From Candidatus Borrarchaeum weybense (GTDB lineage: Archaea; Asgardarchaeota; Sifarchaeia; Borrarchaeales; Borrarchaeaceae), in contig JAHQJS010000007.1 in assembly GCA_019057385.1 (NCBI GenBank), positions 416,001 to 480,000 of the forward strand: a stretch of DNA of 64,000 nt. Reading direction: 5' to 3'. Shown piece by piece: positions 48,302 to 58,740 of the stretch; within the stretch, counting starts at the first letter, position 1, and the number at the start of each line of letters is the position of its first letter. The translations under genes and the position numbers were made by a program. The notes below the pieces were generated by a model. It did not search any database, had not been told where the DNA came from, and saw only the letters and a program-made list of their open reading frames with translations.

Positions 48302-50014
48302 CTACATTAAACTTGTGATATGTTCTATTTTATTCTTAATATCAATTAACCATGAAAACTTAGAACGAAGAAATTTAGAAAAAACTGTTTCTAGAAACTG
48401 TGGTTGGGTGAAAGGTGACTCAATATTATTTAAGAAATGGTACCATTGTTCTGCTATACTTAGAGCGTCCATGTTTACGAGATAATCTATTATTGAAGGA
48501 TATATTCTAAAAGATCTTGCAGAATTATTCAAAACTGTTATTTTATGTTCAGTCTGCTGTATTTTGGTTTTTAATTTCTTCTCATTATTACTAATTTCTC
48601 TTAAATTAGAAATAATTTGATTTCTAATTGACTCATTTTCTGATTTACCTAGGTCATTTTTCAAAGAAGACTTTTTACTTTCCCAAGATTCAATTTGATG
48701 ATTTAATTCTTCTACTTCACGAATTATCTGAGTATTTAATTCATCATACTTGAGTAAAAATTGATTGTAGGAATTTAGTTTGAGAACTCTATGAATTTGA
48801 TTGTAAGCATTAAATTGCAAAACTCCAGTGTAATAATCTTTGTTAAACCATGTAAAAATAGGTGGAAACCGAAAATCAATAATCTCTGCAATCTTTTCTG
48901 CTATTGACGTATAAAGAGACCCTGCTTGACCTCCAGCGTAAAAGGAGACACCAAGTCCATCGAAAGTTATGTAGTGTCGGGGTATTGCTCTTGGACTGAT
49001 TCTTTTAGCAATTCCACTTAAATTGGGGTTTTCTTGGTTCTCAAAGTCATAACTATATAATGTCTTACATGAAAGACATTTTTCCTCTAATTGATTTCCT
49101 CTTTGTTGAAGGGGAACTTTTCCTTCACATGATTTACAATGATACCAAAAAGGAGCATAATCTTTCAGGATTTTATCTAGATTATATTGATCAGCAAAGC
49201 GATTGTAAAGTGTTATATAGTCAGTACTACAGGACAAGAGACGACTAAATGATTCTTCAAAGGCGCTTAACCCATCTGAGTATTTAAAGAAAACTATTGA
49301 GCAATTCATTAAATCATTAATGATTTTTGAGAGAATAATCGCATTCATATCCGCGAAATTTTCTGCATTTTGATAAGCTTCTTCTAAAAGATCTACAAGA
49401 TCACCCCATTTCTTTTGGAAGGGTATCTCAATGTTTTGTTTAAAATCTGAAATGTTCTGACTGGAAAATTCCCGTTCCAGTTCTCTAAGGCAAGTTTCAT
49501 AATGAGTCTGAATATACTTAACAATATTTTCCCAGGTCTCTTGAGAGGGTTTTTGGATTGCGTACATGCATTTTTTTCTGTCTTTTTTTGCTATTTTTAA
49601 ACCTACCTTTAAGTAGCCACTCTTAGAAAGATGCGGAAAGCGATTGGACGCAAACCACTCATCATCGGCAAAATCAGTATCTACTACACTAAAAAGGCAT
49701 ACAACTGAATGTCCCTGCTTCTCTAAATGTTGTGCAATATGTTCAAGCAATATTGTTTTCTTAAAAATTCCACTATAAGGCAAAAAGTTGGGCTGATGAG
49801 CAGTTTCGAGTAAAATCGTATTTTTTTTAACAAGTTTCTTAAGGACGTCTTGGAGAGAATTTTGTAGTGTTCTTGTGTTCTGATGAAATTTCGCAATGTG
49901 TCTTGTAAGTTCTTTGCTTACATTTACATTCTTTATTGTTCGAGGGTTTTGTTCGGAAAACTCAATTATCTTTGAGACTAATTTGTTCAGAAACTCTGTC
50001 ATACAACTCCTCAT
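48302..50014 (-). CDS. BshC/WbqC-like putative ligase with Zn ribbon and coiled-coil insert
   Basis: TAHQPNFLPY, DTDF, CKSC..CLSC, SPRAIPR, YAGG..G..Y. Confidence 0.55.
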   Translation of the reverse strand: MRSCMTEFLNKLVSKIIEFSEQNPRTIKNVNVSKELTRHIAKFHQNTRTLQNSLQDVLKKLVKKNTILLETAHQPNFLPYSGIFKKTILLEHIAQHLEKQGHSVVCLFSVVDTDFADDEWFASNRFPHLSKSGYLKVGLKIAKKDRKKCMYAIQKPSQETWENIVKYIQTHYETCLRELEREFSSQNISDFKQNIEIPFQKKWGDLVDLLEEAYQNAENFADMNAIILSKIINDLMNCSIVFFKYSDGLSAFEESFSRLLSCSTDYITLYNRFADQYNLDKILKDYAPFWYHCKSCEGKVPLQQRGNQLEEKCLSCKTLYSYDFENQENPNLSGIAKRISPRAIPRHYITFDGLGVSFYAGGQAGSLYTSIAEKIAEIIDFRFPPIFTWFNKDYYTGVLQFNAYNQIHRVLKLNSYNQFLLKYDELNTQIIREVEELNHQIESWESKKSSLKNDLGKSENESIRNQIISNLREISNNEKKLKTKIQQTEHKITVLNNSARSFRIYPSIIDYLVNMDALSIAEQWYHFLNNIESPFTQPQFLETVFSKFLRSKFSWLIDIKNKIEHITSLM

Positions 50015-50050
50015 ATATTTTTACGTGAAATAAATTAAATCATTTCACGA

Positions 50051-51445
50051 CTAAAAATCCTTCGGATTCCTTCCAACACCTCTATAGACTAACTTTGCCT
50101 TTAATACATCAATCGGATCAAAAACATTTCTTGCGTCAACAATCACGCCAGGCATCTTCATTCTTTTACTAAAATCATCAAGATTTAGATTTTTAAAAAC
50201 AGTATGAGCCGTGATCATCACAACACAATCCGCTTTTGTGATCGCTTCTTCCAGAGTTTTTGCGAAATCAAGATTAAAAAACTTCAACACTTCATCTCTG
50301 TTTAATAGAGGATCGTATGCAACTAATTCAGCACCTATACTCCTCAATTTTTCAATAATTACACTTGCTGGAGTATTTACACAAGATTTAGAATCGCTTC
50401 TGAAAGTTAAGCCAAATATAGCTATTCTCGCCGTCTCAGGGTTTTTTCCAGCCTCTTTTAATCCATCAGTGACTAGGTCAATAAGGTGCAAAGGCATCCT
50501 TTCATTAATTCTTCTTGCAGTTTCCATCAGCGGAGAAGTTATTCCTACCTTAGTAGCGGCATCCATGACAAAATAGGGATAATAGGGAATACAGTGTCCT
50601 CCAACTCCTGCTCCTGGAATGTGTATATGTGAAAACGGTTCTGTATTTGCTGTTGCAATAATTTCAAAGATATCTAATCCTAAATTTTCTGCAATTAGCG
50701 CAAGTTCATTTGCCAATGCGATGTTTACATCACGATATACGCCTTTAAAGAGCTTAACAGCTTCTGCTGTTTTTGCATCTCTCACTTTAATCAATTCATT
50801 TTTAATTACGCTCTTATAAAGAGCAATTACAGCATTTGCACTTTTTTCATTTATTCCGCCAACTATTTTGGGGTATTTTACTGTAAAGTCTGCTATAATG
50901 CTGCCTGACATGACTCTTTCAGGACTGAATGCTAGACCAAAATCAACGCCCGCTTTTAATCCTGAACGTCTTTCTAAGATTTCTTTGACAAGCCCTTCTG
51001 TCGTTCCTGGTGGTACAGAACTTTCAAGAATAACCACATCATTTTGCGAAAGACCTTTACCGATGTATTCAGTGACATTTATTATAGCTGATAAATCAGG
51101 GGTTTTATATTGGGTAAGAATAGTAGGAACAGCTATTATCTTCACATCACTATTAATTGCACCCTTGAGAGTATCGGTAGTGGCCGTTATCCTTCCTTCT
51201 TCATAACTCTTCTTGAACATCTCCATTAGTTCTGGCTCATTTTCGATATAACAAATACCACTATTAATTAAGTCTACGCGTTCTTCGTCTTTATCTACTC
51301 CAATAACTTTCGCACCCACATTTGCAAATATTGATGCAATAGGAAAACCAATATTTCCAAGACCGAAAACTGTTATTGTAACATCACCATTTTTTACAGA
51401 ATTCAAGATATTCTCTTTTGATTGAGAAAAGATCTTAACCAACAT
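50051..51445 (-). CDS. UDP-N-acetylhexosamine 6-dehydrogenase (WecC/WbpA family)
   Basis: GLGNIG, AVPT, ESSVPPGTT, SPER, PGAGVGGHCIP. Confidence 0.92.
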   Translation of the reverse strand: MLVKIFSQSKENILNSVKNGDVTITVFGLGNIGFPIASIFANVGAKVIGVDKDEERVDLINSGICYIENEPELMEMFKKSYEEGRITATTDTLKGAINSDVKIIAVPTILTQYKTPDLSAIINVTEYIGKGLSQNDVVILESSVPPGTTEGLVKEILERRSGLKAGVDFGLAFSPERVMSGSIIADFTVKYPKIVGGINEKSANAVIALYKSVIKNELIKVRDAKTAEAVKLFKGVYRDVNIALANELALIAENLGLDIFEIIATANTEPFSHIHIPGAGVGGHCIPYYPYFVMDAATKVGITSPLMETARRINERMPLHLIDLVTDGLKEAGKNPETARIAIFGLTFRSDSKSCVNTPASVIIEKLRSIGAELVAYDPLLNRDEVLKFFNLDFAKTLEEAITKADCVVMITAHTVFKNLNLDDFSKRMKMPGVIVDARNVFDPIDVLKAKLVYRGVGRNPKDF

Positions 51446-51491
51446 AAACCGCCTCTTTTCCTTATACTTAACGCTTATTCTTTAATTCATG

Positions 51492-52475
51492 CTAAAATTT
51501 GGCATTTGCTGATTTTAAAGCATTCAAGGCAATTTCTAAGTTTTTTAAACCTTCAATTCCGTTAACTATTGGAGTCTTATTTTCTCTTACACATTTTATA
51601 AAATGTTCTAACTCAAGTTTTAATGGTTCTTGCGTCTCTATCTCTGGTTTTTCTATCTTTGGATCACCAGATTTTGAAATAAGGTCTAAATAATCTTTAT
51701 AGTCGGTTTCGAGCATTTTACCATACACTAGAATATCTTGCGTAATATAGTCTACAGTTGCGAATCCATCAGAAAATGTCAAACTAAGATTTCTAATTTT
51801 TGTGGGTGTCAATCTGTTTACTTCAATGCTACCAAGTATACCTGTTTCAAATTCGAGAAGGATAGATGCATAATCTTCATATTTTGTTGTTTTTGGACCT
51901 ATCTTTGCATAAACGTTCTTTACTTTCTTTTCAGTTAAAAAACGCATGACATCAATATCGTGAATTGCTAGATCTATTAGAACGCCAGTATCGCGTGCCC
52001 TATGTATATATGGACCGATTCGCCTTGCCGAAAGGGAAATAATTTCTCCTAAATATTCTTCTTCTATAAGCTCTTTCATCTTAAGAATTGCAGGATTAAA
52101 GCGTTCAATATGTCCTACCATAAGAATTAATTCTTTTTGTTCAGCACTTTTGATTAAAGATTTAGCCTCAGCTACACTAATTGTTATTGGTTTTTCAACA
52201 AGAACATGTTTCTTGTAAGAAAATACATCCATGATTACTTTCTTATGAAGTGGAGTTGGTACTGCTATACTTGCTGCATCAATATCCTCATTTTTTAGCA
52301 ATTCACTATAGCCAACATAGCCATTTACATTGAATTGTTTACTAAGTTGTTTCACGAGTTTTTCGTTAACATCCGAGAATGCAATTAATTCTACTCCTTT
52401 CATTTTTGAATAAACACGCATATGATTTTTGCCCATATACCCAGCGCCAATAACTCCCACCTTAATCGTTTCCAA
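51492..52475 (-). CDS. Gfo/Idh/MocA oxidoreductase (WbpB-like nucleotide-sugar 3-dehydrogenase)
   Basis: GAGYMG, VEKP, GHIERFNPA, DLAIHDID. Confidence 0.9.
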   Translation of the reverse strand: METIKVGVIGAGYMGKNHMRVYSKMKGVELIAFSDVNEKLVKQLSKQFNVNGYVGYSELLKNEDIDAASIAVPTPLHKKVIMDVFSYKKHVLVEKPITISVAEAKSLIKSAEQKELILMVGHIERFNPAILKMKELIEEEYLGEIISLSARRIGPYIHRARDTGVLIDLAIHDIDVMRFLTEKKVKNVYAKIGPKTTKYEDYASILLEFETGILGSIEVNRLTPTKIRNLSLTFSDGFATVDYITQDILVYGKMLETDYKDYLDLISKSGDPKIEKPEIETQEPLKLELEHFIKCVRENKTPIVNGIEGLKNLEIALNALKSANAKF

Positions 52476-52891
52476 GGACTAACCTCAGTTATGCTATTTC
52501 ATTCTTACTAATTTTAAATTTTAATGGCATGTTTTAGATAAATCAAACATCTTTCTTTCGAAATAGTCTATAATTGAAACCTAATATCACTAGTTGCATC
52601 AAAAAGTGCACAGATTATAAATTTTGGGGAAGATATTCGCAGAATTTCAAGACACATATATTGCCGAATGGCTTTGTTAAAACTTAGATTGATTACTAAA
52701 TAAGAGAGTTTTTGATAAAATCCCTGCTAAAATGATTTAAAAGAATTAAAATATTTAAGAAATATACTCATTGATCCCCTAAAAGTAATTTATGACTTGT
52801 TGTTTATTAATTCTAATTAAAACAAATTTTTGCGGAAATAACGAGATCCTTGATTTAAATCATACAATCTGTTTGGTTAGGCAACCAAAAC

Positions 52892-53599
52892 CTACCATCG
52901 GACAATCCATAGTAATTCAAATGCTTCACAGAAACGTACATTCTGAGAATAACCTCTAATCTTCGCAAGTCCTTCGACCAAATCGCATTCCATATAATAA
53001 CTTGAACTTTGTGATGCGTAAACTCGAATTGCATCCAATTTTGTTTCAATCGTATCCTCAACATTGACATAAACTTGGGGAGTGAAAGAAGGAAGTATGC
53101 TCGGAGTCTCGTAAAGAAGAACTTGGGGAGTCTTTCTACAGGCGACTCTAGTTGCAAGAAACGCTCCTAAATGATCTTGATGTCTTTCATGTTCAGAATG
53201 CGAATATACTATATCTGGATTAATTTGTTTAACAAGTGCTTCAATAGCTAGTATAGTAGCCCTTAAATTCTCGAAAATATAAGTATCCTCTAAATCTGCA
53301 AAACTTAAAGACTTTATGCCAACTATACTTGCCGCTCTTCTAACTTCGGACTCTCTTATAAGTGGATTACCATGTTGTCCTCCACCCGTTAGAATTAAAC
53401 CATGGATAATATCTCCCCTCGCTTTATGCTTAGCTAAAGTAGCTCCACATCCAATTTCAATATCATCAGGATGCGCCCCAATAGCTAGAACTACTTTTTG
53501 TTGCCTATTTGAGTTTGTCTTTACTTTTGTATTCGAGAAATTCTTGTAATTAGTTTTTGTCAACAGATCTCTCTCAAAGTTCATTTCGTTAATATCCAT
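52892..53599 (-). CDS. PIG-L/LmbE-family deacetylase
   Basis: AHPDDIEIGCG and HQDH. Confidence 0.9.
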   Translation of the reverse strand: MDINEMNFERDLLTKTNYKNFSNTKVKTNSNRQQKVVLAIGAHPDDIEIGCGATLAKHKARGDIIHGLILTGGGQHGNPLIRESEVRRAASIVGIKSLSFADLEDTYIFENLRATILAIEALVKQINPDIVYSHSEHERHQDHLGAFLATRVACRKTPQVLLYETPSILPSFTPQVYVNVEDTIETKLDAIRVYASQSSSYYMECDLVEGLAKIRGYSQNVRFCEAFELLWIVRW

Positions 53600-53773
53600 G
53601 AGTATCTACCATGAGAAGAGTTTCTAGCGCTTATTAAGAATGAAATATATTATTTCTTACTTTTAAATACATATTACATTTGTGTAGATACCCTTCCATT
53701 TTCTTAAAATAGTTAATTAGTAAGAAAACTGTTAGTTTATACTTTTTTTGTCACGATTTCAAATAGAGACGTT

Positions 53774-54889
53774 TCATTTTAATCCTTCGAGTTCCTTTTG
53801 GCTTTCTTGAATTACATTAACAATATATTCTTGATCTTCGCGTTGTAGATAGGCATGGATCGGTATGCATAGCACCGTTTCAGATGCTTTTTCTGCAACT
53901 GGGAATTGTCCATACTTAAACCCATAAAGTCTTCGAAAAATAGGCTGAAGGTGAAGTGAAGGAAAGGCGATCCTAGTTTCTACTCCTGCATTTTCAAGAA
54001 TGGATTGTAAAGCGTCTCGTTGTGCTTGATTACTTGTAAGAACTGAAAAGAGCATATAGGAATGCAAATTATATGATCTTACAGTTTGTGGGCGAATAAA
54101 GTCAAATTCGCGAAAGATATCGATGTAATATTCAGCTAACTCTTTTTTGTGTTTTAATATATGATGAATTCGTTTTATTTGAACTAATCCTATTGCTGCA
54201 ACAAGATCCATCATTTTATAGTTCCAACCGATTTCTACATGATGATATCTCCCATCTTGTCCGTGATTGAGTAAAATTCGTGCTTTTTTTGCGAGTTCAT
54301 CATCATTTGTTGTTAACATTCCACCCTCGCCTGTTACAATATTTTTATTTGGATAGAATGAAAATGTCCCTGCATCGCCCAAATTTCCTGCTAGTTTCTT
54401 CTTGTATAATGAACCGTGAGCTTCCGCAGCGTCTTCTAAGACAAACAAATCGTATTCTTTTGCAATGCGGATTATTTCATCCATTTCAGCACATTGTCCA
54501 GCATAATGAACTGGTATTATAGCCCGTGTATTTGAGGTTATAGCTTCTTCAATAAGCAGAGGATTGATGTTTAATGTTTCAGGATCAATATCAACAAAAA
54601 CTGGTTTTGCGCCAAGTAAAACTATAACATTCGCGGTTGCGGCGAAAGTAAAGGGAGAGGTTATAATTTCATCCTTTGGTTTAATACCCTTAGCTGCTAA
54701 ACCTACCTGTAGTGCTGCTGTGCCTGAATTAAATGCAATTGCATGATTTGTTCCAACATATTCTGCAAAGGATTTTTCAAACTTTTCAACATATTCACCC
54801 TGACTCAATCTTTTTTCTTTCAATACTTGAGTTACAGCGGCAATCTCTTCAGCTTCAATGATAGGTTCAGCTATATTTATTCTTCGCAT
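53774..54889 (-). CDS. DegT/DnrJ/EryC1/StrS sugar aminotransferase
   Basis: NSGTAAL, EDAAEAHG, SFYPNKNIVTGEGG. Confidence 0.93.
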   Translation of the reverse strand: MRRINIAEPIIEAEEIAAVTQVLKEKRLSQGEYVEKFEKSFAEYVGTNHAIAFNSGTAALQVGLAAKGIKPKDEIITSPFTFAATANVIVLLGAKPVFVDIDPETLNINPLLIEEAITSNTRAIIPVHYAGQCAEMDEIIRIAKEYDLFVLEDAAEAHGSLYKKKLAGNLGDAGTFSFYPNKNIVTGEGGMLTTNDDELAKKARILLNHGQDGRYHHVEIGWNYKMMDLVAAIGLVQIKRIHHILKHKKELAEYYIDIFREFDFIRPQTVRSYNLHSYMLFSVLTSNQAQRDALQSILENAGVETRIAFPSLHLQPIFRRLYGFKYGQFPVAEKASETVLCIPIHAYLQREDQEYIVNVIQESQKELEGLK

Positions 54890-55191
54890 TCTTCCTACAA
54901 CCGTTAAGAAACTTTTGTTGATTTTACGTAAAGTATTTTTTACCCATAGTATCTATTATAATTGCAACTATGCTTCTACCACTACCTTGCGTAGAAGAAG
55001 GGGTTGAGATTTTATTAGAACTGAAATAAAGTATATCCATTTTTAATACATATAGAATATGTAGAGATACTTCTGTATGTATATCCGCTATGAATTTACA
55101 CAATTTATAAAACTCAAAAATGATTTTTGAGTTAAGTATCTGAAATTATTTCGTAAAAAGAGCTACTAAATAAACGAAGGTCGGGTTTTTA

Positions 55192-55971
55192 TTGAAATTA
55201 ACAGATTTTTTACAAAATTTATTTCTCTTATCGTGCTTATTTGGCGCAGCCTTATTTATATTTAGTTTCATTACTCAAACACCATTTGTGGGAATCATTG
55301 CGATTGTTATATTTGCAATAAGCATTCCTTTTCTACTAATAAAACCTCAACAATATTCTATAGATGAATTATTTGAAAACCTATTTTTGACAAATTTATT
55401 AAACTTGAACAACTTTCTTGAATCTCTCAACATCAAAGGGACCGGGATTTATCTTCCTCCTAAAGCAAATGAACCAGACAATTATGTCTTTGTTCCATAT
55501 GACAAGTATGATCCTTTAGGCAAATTATCATCAATAGAAAACAATAGAAAAAAAAGCATACTTTTCAAAGAAGGGATTTTGTTACGCTCAACAGGTTCTC
55601 CCATCATAAATTCCTTAGAAAAGAAATACGATGTCAATTTTTCAATGTTGGATTTAGAATCACTAAAAGAGACTCTTTCTGAACTTTTTGTGAATGAATT
55701 GGGCTTAGTGAATGATGTCTATGTAGAGATTTTAGAAAACAAAGTTTATTGTATCTTTCTTGGATCAATTTATTTGAATCTTTGTAAAAAAATCCATATT
55801 GAAATGCCTGAGCTTTGCACGAAACTTGGATGTCCACTAAGTGGTGCTACAGCGAGCATCCTTGCTAATATCACAGATAGATATGTTTCGATTGAAAACT
55901 GCGAAATTAATTATAGAGAAAGAAAAATTGAAACAGTATATAGATTACTTGTCAAACGCTATATGGTGTAA
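55192..55971 (+). CDS. Archaeal membrane protein with two N-terminal TMs and a Cys-containing V4R-like C-terminal domain
   Basis: N-terminal hydrophobic hairpin; C...C..LGCPLSGA.A.IL motif. Confidence 0.55.
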   Translation: MKLTDFLQNLFLLSCLFGAALFIFSFITQTPFVGIIAIVIFAISIPFLLIKPQQYSIDELFENLFLTNLLNLNNFLESLNIKGTGIYLPPKANEPDNYVFVPYDKYDPLGKLSSIENNRKKSILFKEGILLRSTGSPIINSLEKKYDVNFSMLDLESLKETLSELFVNELGLVNDVYVEILENKVYCIFLGSIYLNLCKKIHIEMPELCTKLGCPLSGATASILANITDRYVSIENCEINYRERKIETVYRLLVKRYMV

Positions 55972-56141
55972 GTTTTGAACTAAAATGTATAAAACCAGTC
56001 AGAAATGCTGTTCTTCATTTTAAAAGAGCAAAAATTATCTATTCTTAATACTTTAAATAACGAATGACGAAGAGCAGAGAAAATACTACAATTCTGCTTA
56101 AATTACATATGTAAATGAACTACCTACAAAGGTGAATTTTT

Positions 56142-57302
56142 GTGGATATTGAGGATTTAGCACTTTTTGGAGGTGAACCAGTAAGAAAAACACCTATTTC
56201 ACTTTCTAAACCTTTCATAACTCAAGAAGAGATAGACAATGTAATAGAAGTACTTAGATCAAATTGGATCGTACAAGGTCCAAGAGTTGAAGAATTTGAG
56301 AATAATTTTGCAGAATATGTGGGAACAGAGTATGCTATTGCTGTTAGTTCAGGATCAGCAGCATTGCATCTAGCATTACTTTCTATAGGTGTGAAACCTA
56401 ATACTGAAGTTCTTATTCCGGATATAACCTGCATATCAGTACCCAACGCAGTATCTTACGTTGGAGCATTTCCTAGGTTTGTAGATGTTAATATGAACAC
56501 TTATAACATTTCATTGGAAGCGTTAGAAAGAAACATTTCAAACAAGACTAGTGCTGTTATTCCTATTCACCTTTATGGTCATCCTGCCAGTTTAGATGAG
56601 ATTCTAGACCTTTCAAATAAATATGGATTCTTTGTGATTGAAGACTGTGCTCAAGCTCATGGAGCGGAATATAAAGGCAAAAAGGTGGGATCATTTGGAG
56701 ATATTGGAATTTTTAGTACGTATGCAACAAAAAATATGACAACTGGTGAGGGAGGCATTCTTGTGACTAATAGACGAGAGATTGCAAAAAAGGTTAGATT
56801 TCTAAGAGATCAGGATAAATCATCAAATATTCCAATTCTTGCTTATAATTACAAGATAACTGATATAGAAGCCGCAATCGGATTAGCTCAATTAAATAAG
56901 TTGGATAAACTTAATGCGCAAAGAATTAGCAATGCTATGCTTCTTTCATCTCATCTTAAAGATATAGATGGTGTCAAGATTCCTTTTATTTCAAATTATG
57001 TCAAACACGTATTTCATAGATACACATTATTTTTCGAACCGCAAAGATTCAAAGGATCAAGAGATGAACTAGCTAGTGCACTTGAAGCTGAAGGTATTAA
57101 GAATGGTATACTGTACACGCCTCCAGCACATCGTTACCCATATTATCATAAAAAATACAATTTCAATGACAAACAATTTGAAAATGCTGACTTAATCTCA
57201 AAGTCTATTTTGTCAATTCCTGTCCATCCAAATCTTGAAAAACAAGATTTAATTGATATTGTGAATGCTACCAAAAAAGTAACAATGCAATATTGTAAAT
57301 AA
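56142..57302 (+). CDS. DegT/DnrJ/EryC1/StrS sugar aminotransferase (second copy)
   Basis: LALFGGEPV, SSGSAALH, EDCAQAHG, TKNMTTGEGG. Confidence 0.93.
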   Translation: MDIEDLALFGGEPVRKTPISLSKPFITQEEIDNVIEVLRSNWIVQGPRVEEFENNFAEYVGTEYAIAVSSGSAALHLALLSIGVKPNTEVLIPDITCISVPNAVSYVGAFPRFVDVNMNTYNISLEALERNISNKTSAVIPIHLYGHPASLDEILDLSNKYGFFVIEDCAQAHGAEYKGKKVGSFGDIGIFSTYATKNMTTGEGGILVTNRREIAKKVRFLRDQDKSSNIPILAYNYKITDIEAAIGLAQLNKLDKLNAQRISNAMLLSSHLKDIDGVKIPFISNYVKHVFHRYTLFFEPQRFKGSRDELASALEAEGIKNGILYTPPAHRYPYYHKKYNFNDKQFENADLISKSILSIPVHPNLEKQDLIDIVNATKKVTMQYCK

Positions 57303-57329
57303 ATTTAATATAAATTTCCTAAATCATTT

Positions 57330-58559
57330 TTATACATTTCTAATATGAGGATACGAATTAATCAAAAACATATTAAACCATAACGATCCAATTAAACAAA
57401 ACACAAGGGAAACAGTCATAAAAATATATAAATTTCTTTCATTTTGTATTTCAGCGATTTTTAAACTTGCAATGATGATAACAGGAATGATGAAAAAAAT
57501 CCACGCACGATAAGCTTGTTGGGCATAGGTTCTTCCAGAAAATAGACTGTCGATAACTATATTGAGTACAAAATTGATGAACATTGAGATTATCCAAAAA
57601 ATAAGAAAAATGTGGGAAGTTTCTTTTTGATATTTTCTAAGAAATGGAATGAAACTTATGATCCCAACAAGTGTGATTATTAGAGAGCCTGCATTCATTG
57701 CAACTAAATTCAGTAATGAAGAAGATCCTTGGGTTGTGGTATAATGCTCGGTAAATCCTTCGGGTGTTGGTGTTGATGTGCCACTCAAAGAGATTAATAA
57801 TGCTTCAATATTTAATGCAAGAAAATTGCCTATAAAGCCTGCATAATCAACTTCTTTTCCCCAGAAAATCCAGATAAAAGATAAACCAATGCTTAATATT
57901 ATGAAACGAAGAGATCGTGAAACTGGTAGTATTTCTCTTATCCTCGTTTTGAATGTTCGTGGAAGTCCAAATGCTAGTAATGTAAAAAGAAGCGGAATCA
58001 ATGTCATTGTTGAAGTGAGATTATGCATCGAACATAAGCAGTAAAACAGGATAAAGCAAATAGAGGCTTGACTCCATTCTCTTTTTGGATAAGGGTCTTT
58101 AAAGAGGTAGAAAAAAGTTAGTAGCATTAAGTATACAGCAAAACCCTCTGGAACAAGATATGACTGCCGTAAGACTATGATTTCCATCGCTGAAAAGAAA
58201 ATTGTTGAAATGAATGCGGCTTTTTCATTTTTAAAAAACTCTCGCACAAGCAAATACATAGGTAAAATCGACAGTGAGTTAAACAATGGTGGAAATAGCA
58301 AAGAATATTGCAGAAGGGGCAATCCTGTTAATGTATATACTACAATTAAAAGTGAATAAAAACCTGGATGGCCACGTCTGAATACTTCGTTACTTAGATA
58401 TAACTCTCCAGTTGTATAATCTAAAATCCCATCATAATACTCCCATGGATCGTAAAATGGTAAACTGCCTAAAAGTAGGAAAGGAATTAATCTAAGGAGA
58501 ACTGCGATTATATAGCTAATTATCAAACCAATGAATAGATTTTGTTTTTCTAACTTAAT
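57330..58559 (-). CDS. Multi-pass membrane protein, GT-C-like; possible ATT start at 58559
   Basis: DPWEY loop, many TM segments, H..T motif. The frame is open 11 codons above the track start, behind AAGGAG. Confidence 0.6.
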   Translation of the reverse strand: MKLEKQNLFIGLIISYIIAVLLRLIPFLLLGSLPFYDPWEYYDGILDYTTGELYLSNEVFRRGHPGFYSLLIVVYTLTGLPLLQYSLLFPPLFNSLSILPMYLLVREFFKNEKAAFISTIFFSAMEIIVLRQSYLVPEGFAVYLMLLTFFYLFKDPYPKREWSQASICFILFYCLCSMHNLTSTMTLIPLLFTLLAFGLPRTFKTRIREILPVSRSLRFIILSIGLSFIWIFWGKEVDYAGFIGNFLALNIEALLISLSGTSTPTPEGFTEHYTTTQGSSSLLNLVAMNAGSLIITLVGIISFIPFLRKYQKETSHIFLIFWIISMFINFVLNIVIDSLFSGRTYAQQAYRAWIFFIIPVIIIASLKIAEIQNERNLYIFMTVSLVFCLIGSLWFNMFLINSYPHIRNV

Positions 58560-58740
58560 CTACTCCTTGAAATCATTTGAAACTTATAGTAATATTCGAA
58601 AATGAACATTTTTTAACATTATATAATCTTAAAAGATCTCCTGTAAAATCTATTTAAAATATATTTATTATTATGTGTCTTTTGATCATTGGAATATTAT
58701 GATCCGAAAAAAATTACATGGTTTCTTTTGAGGTCACTTC

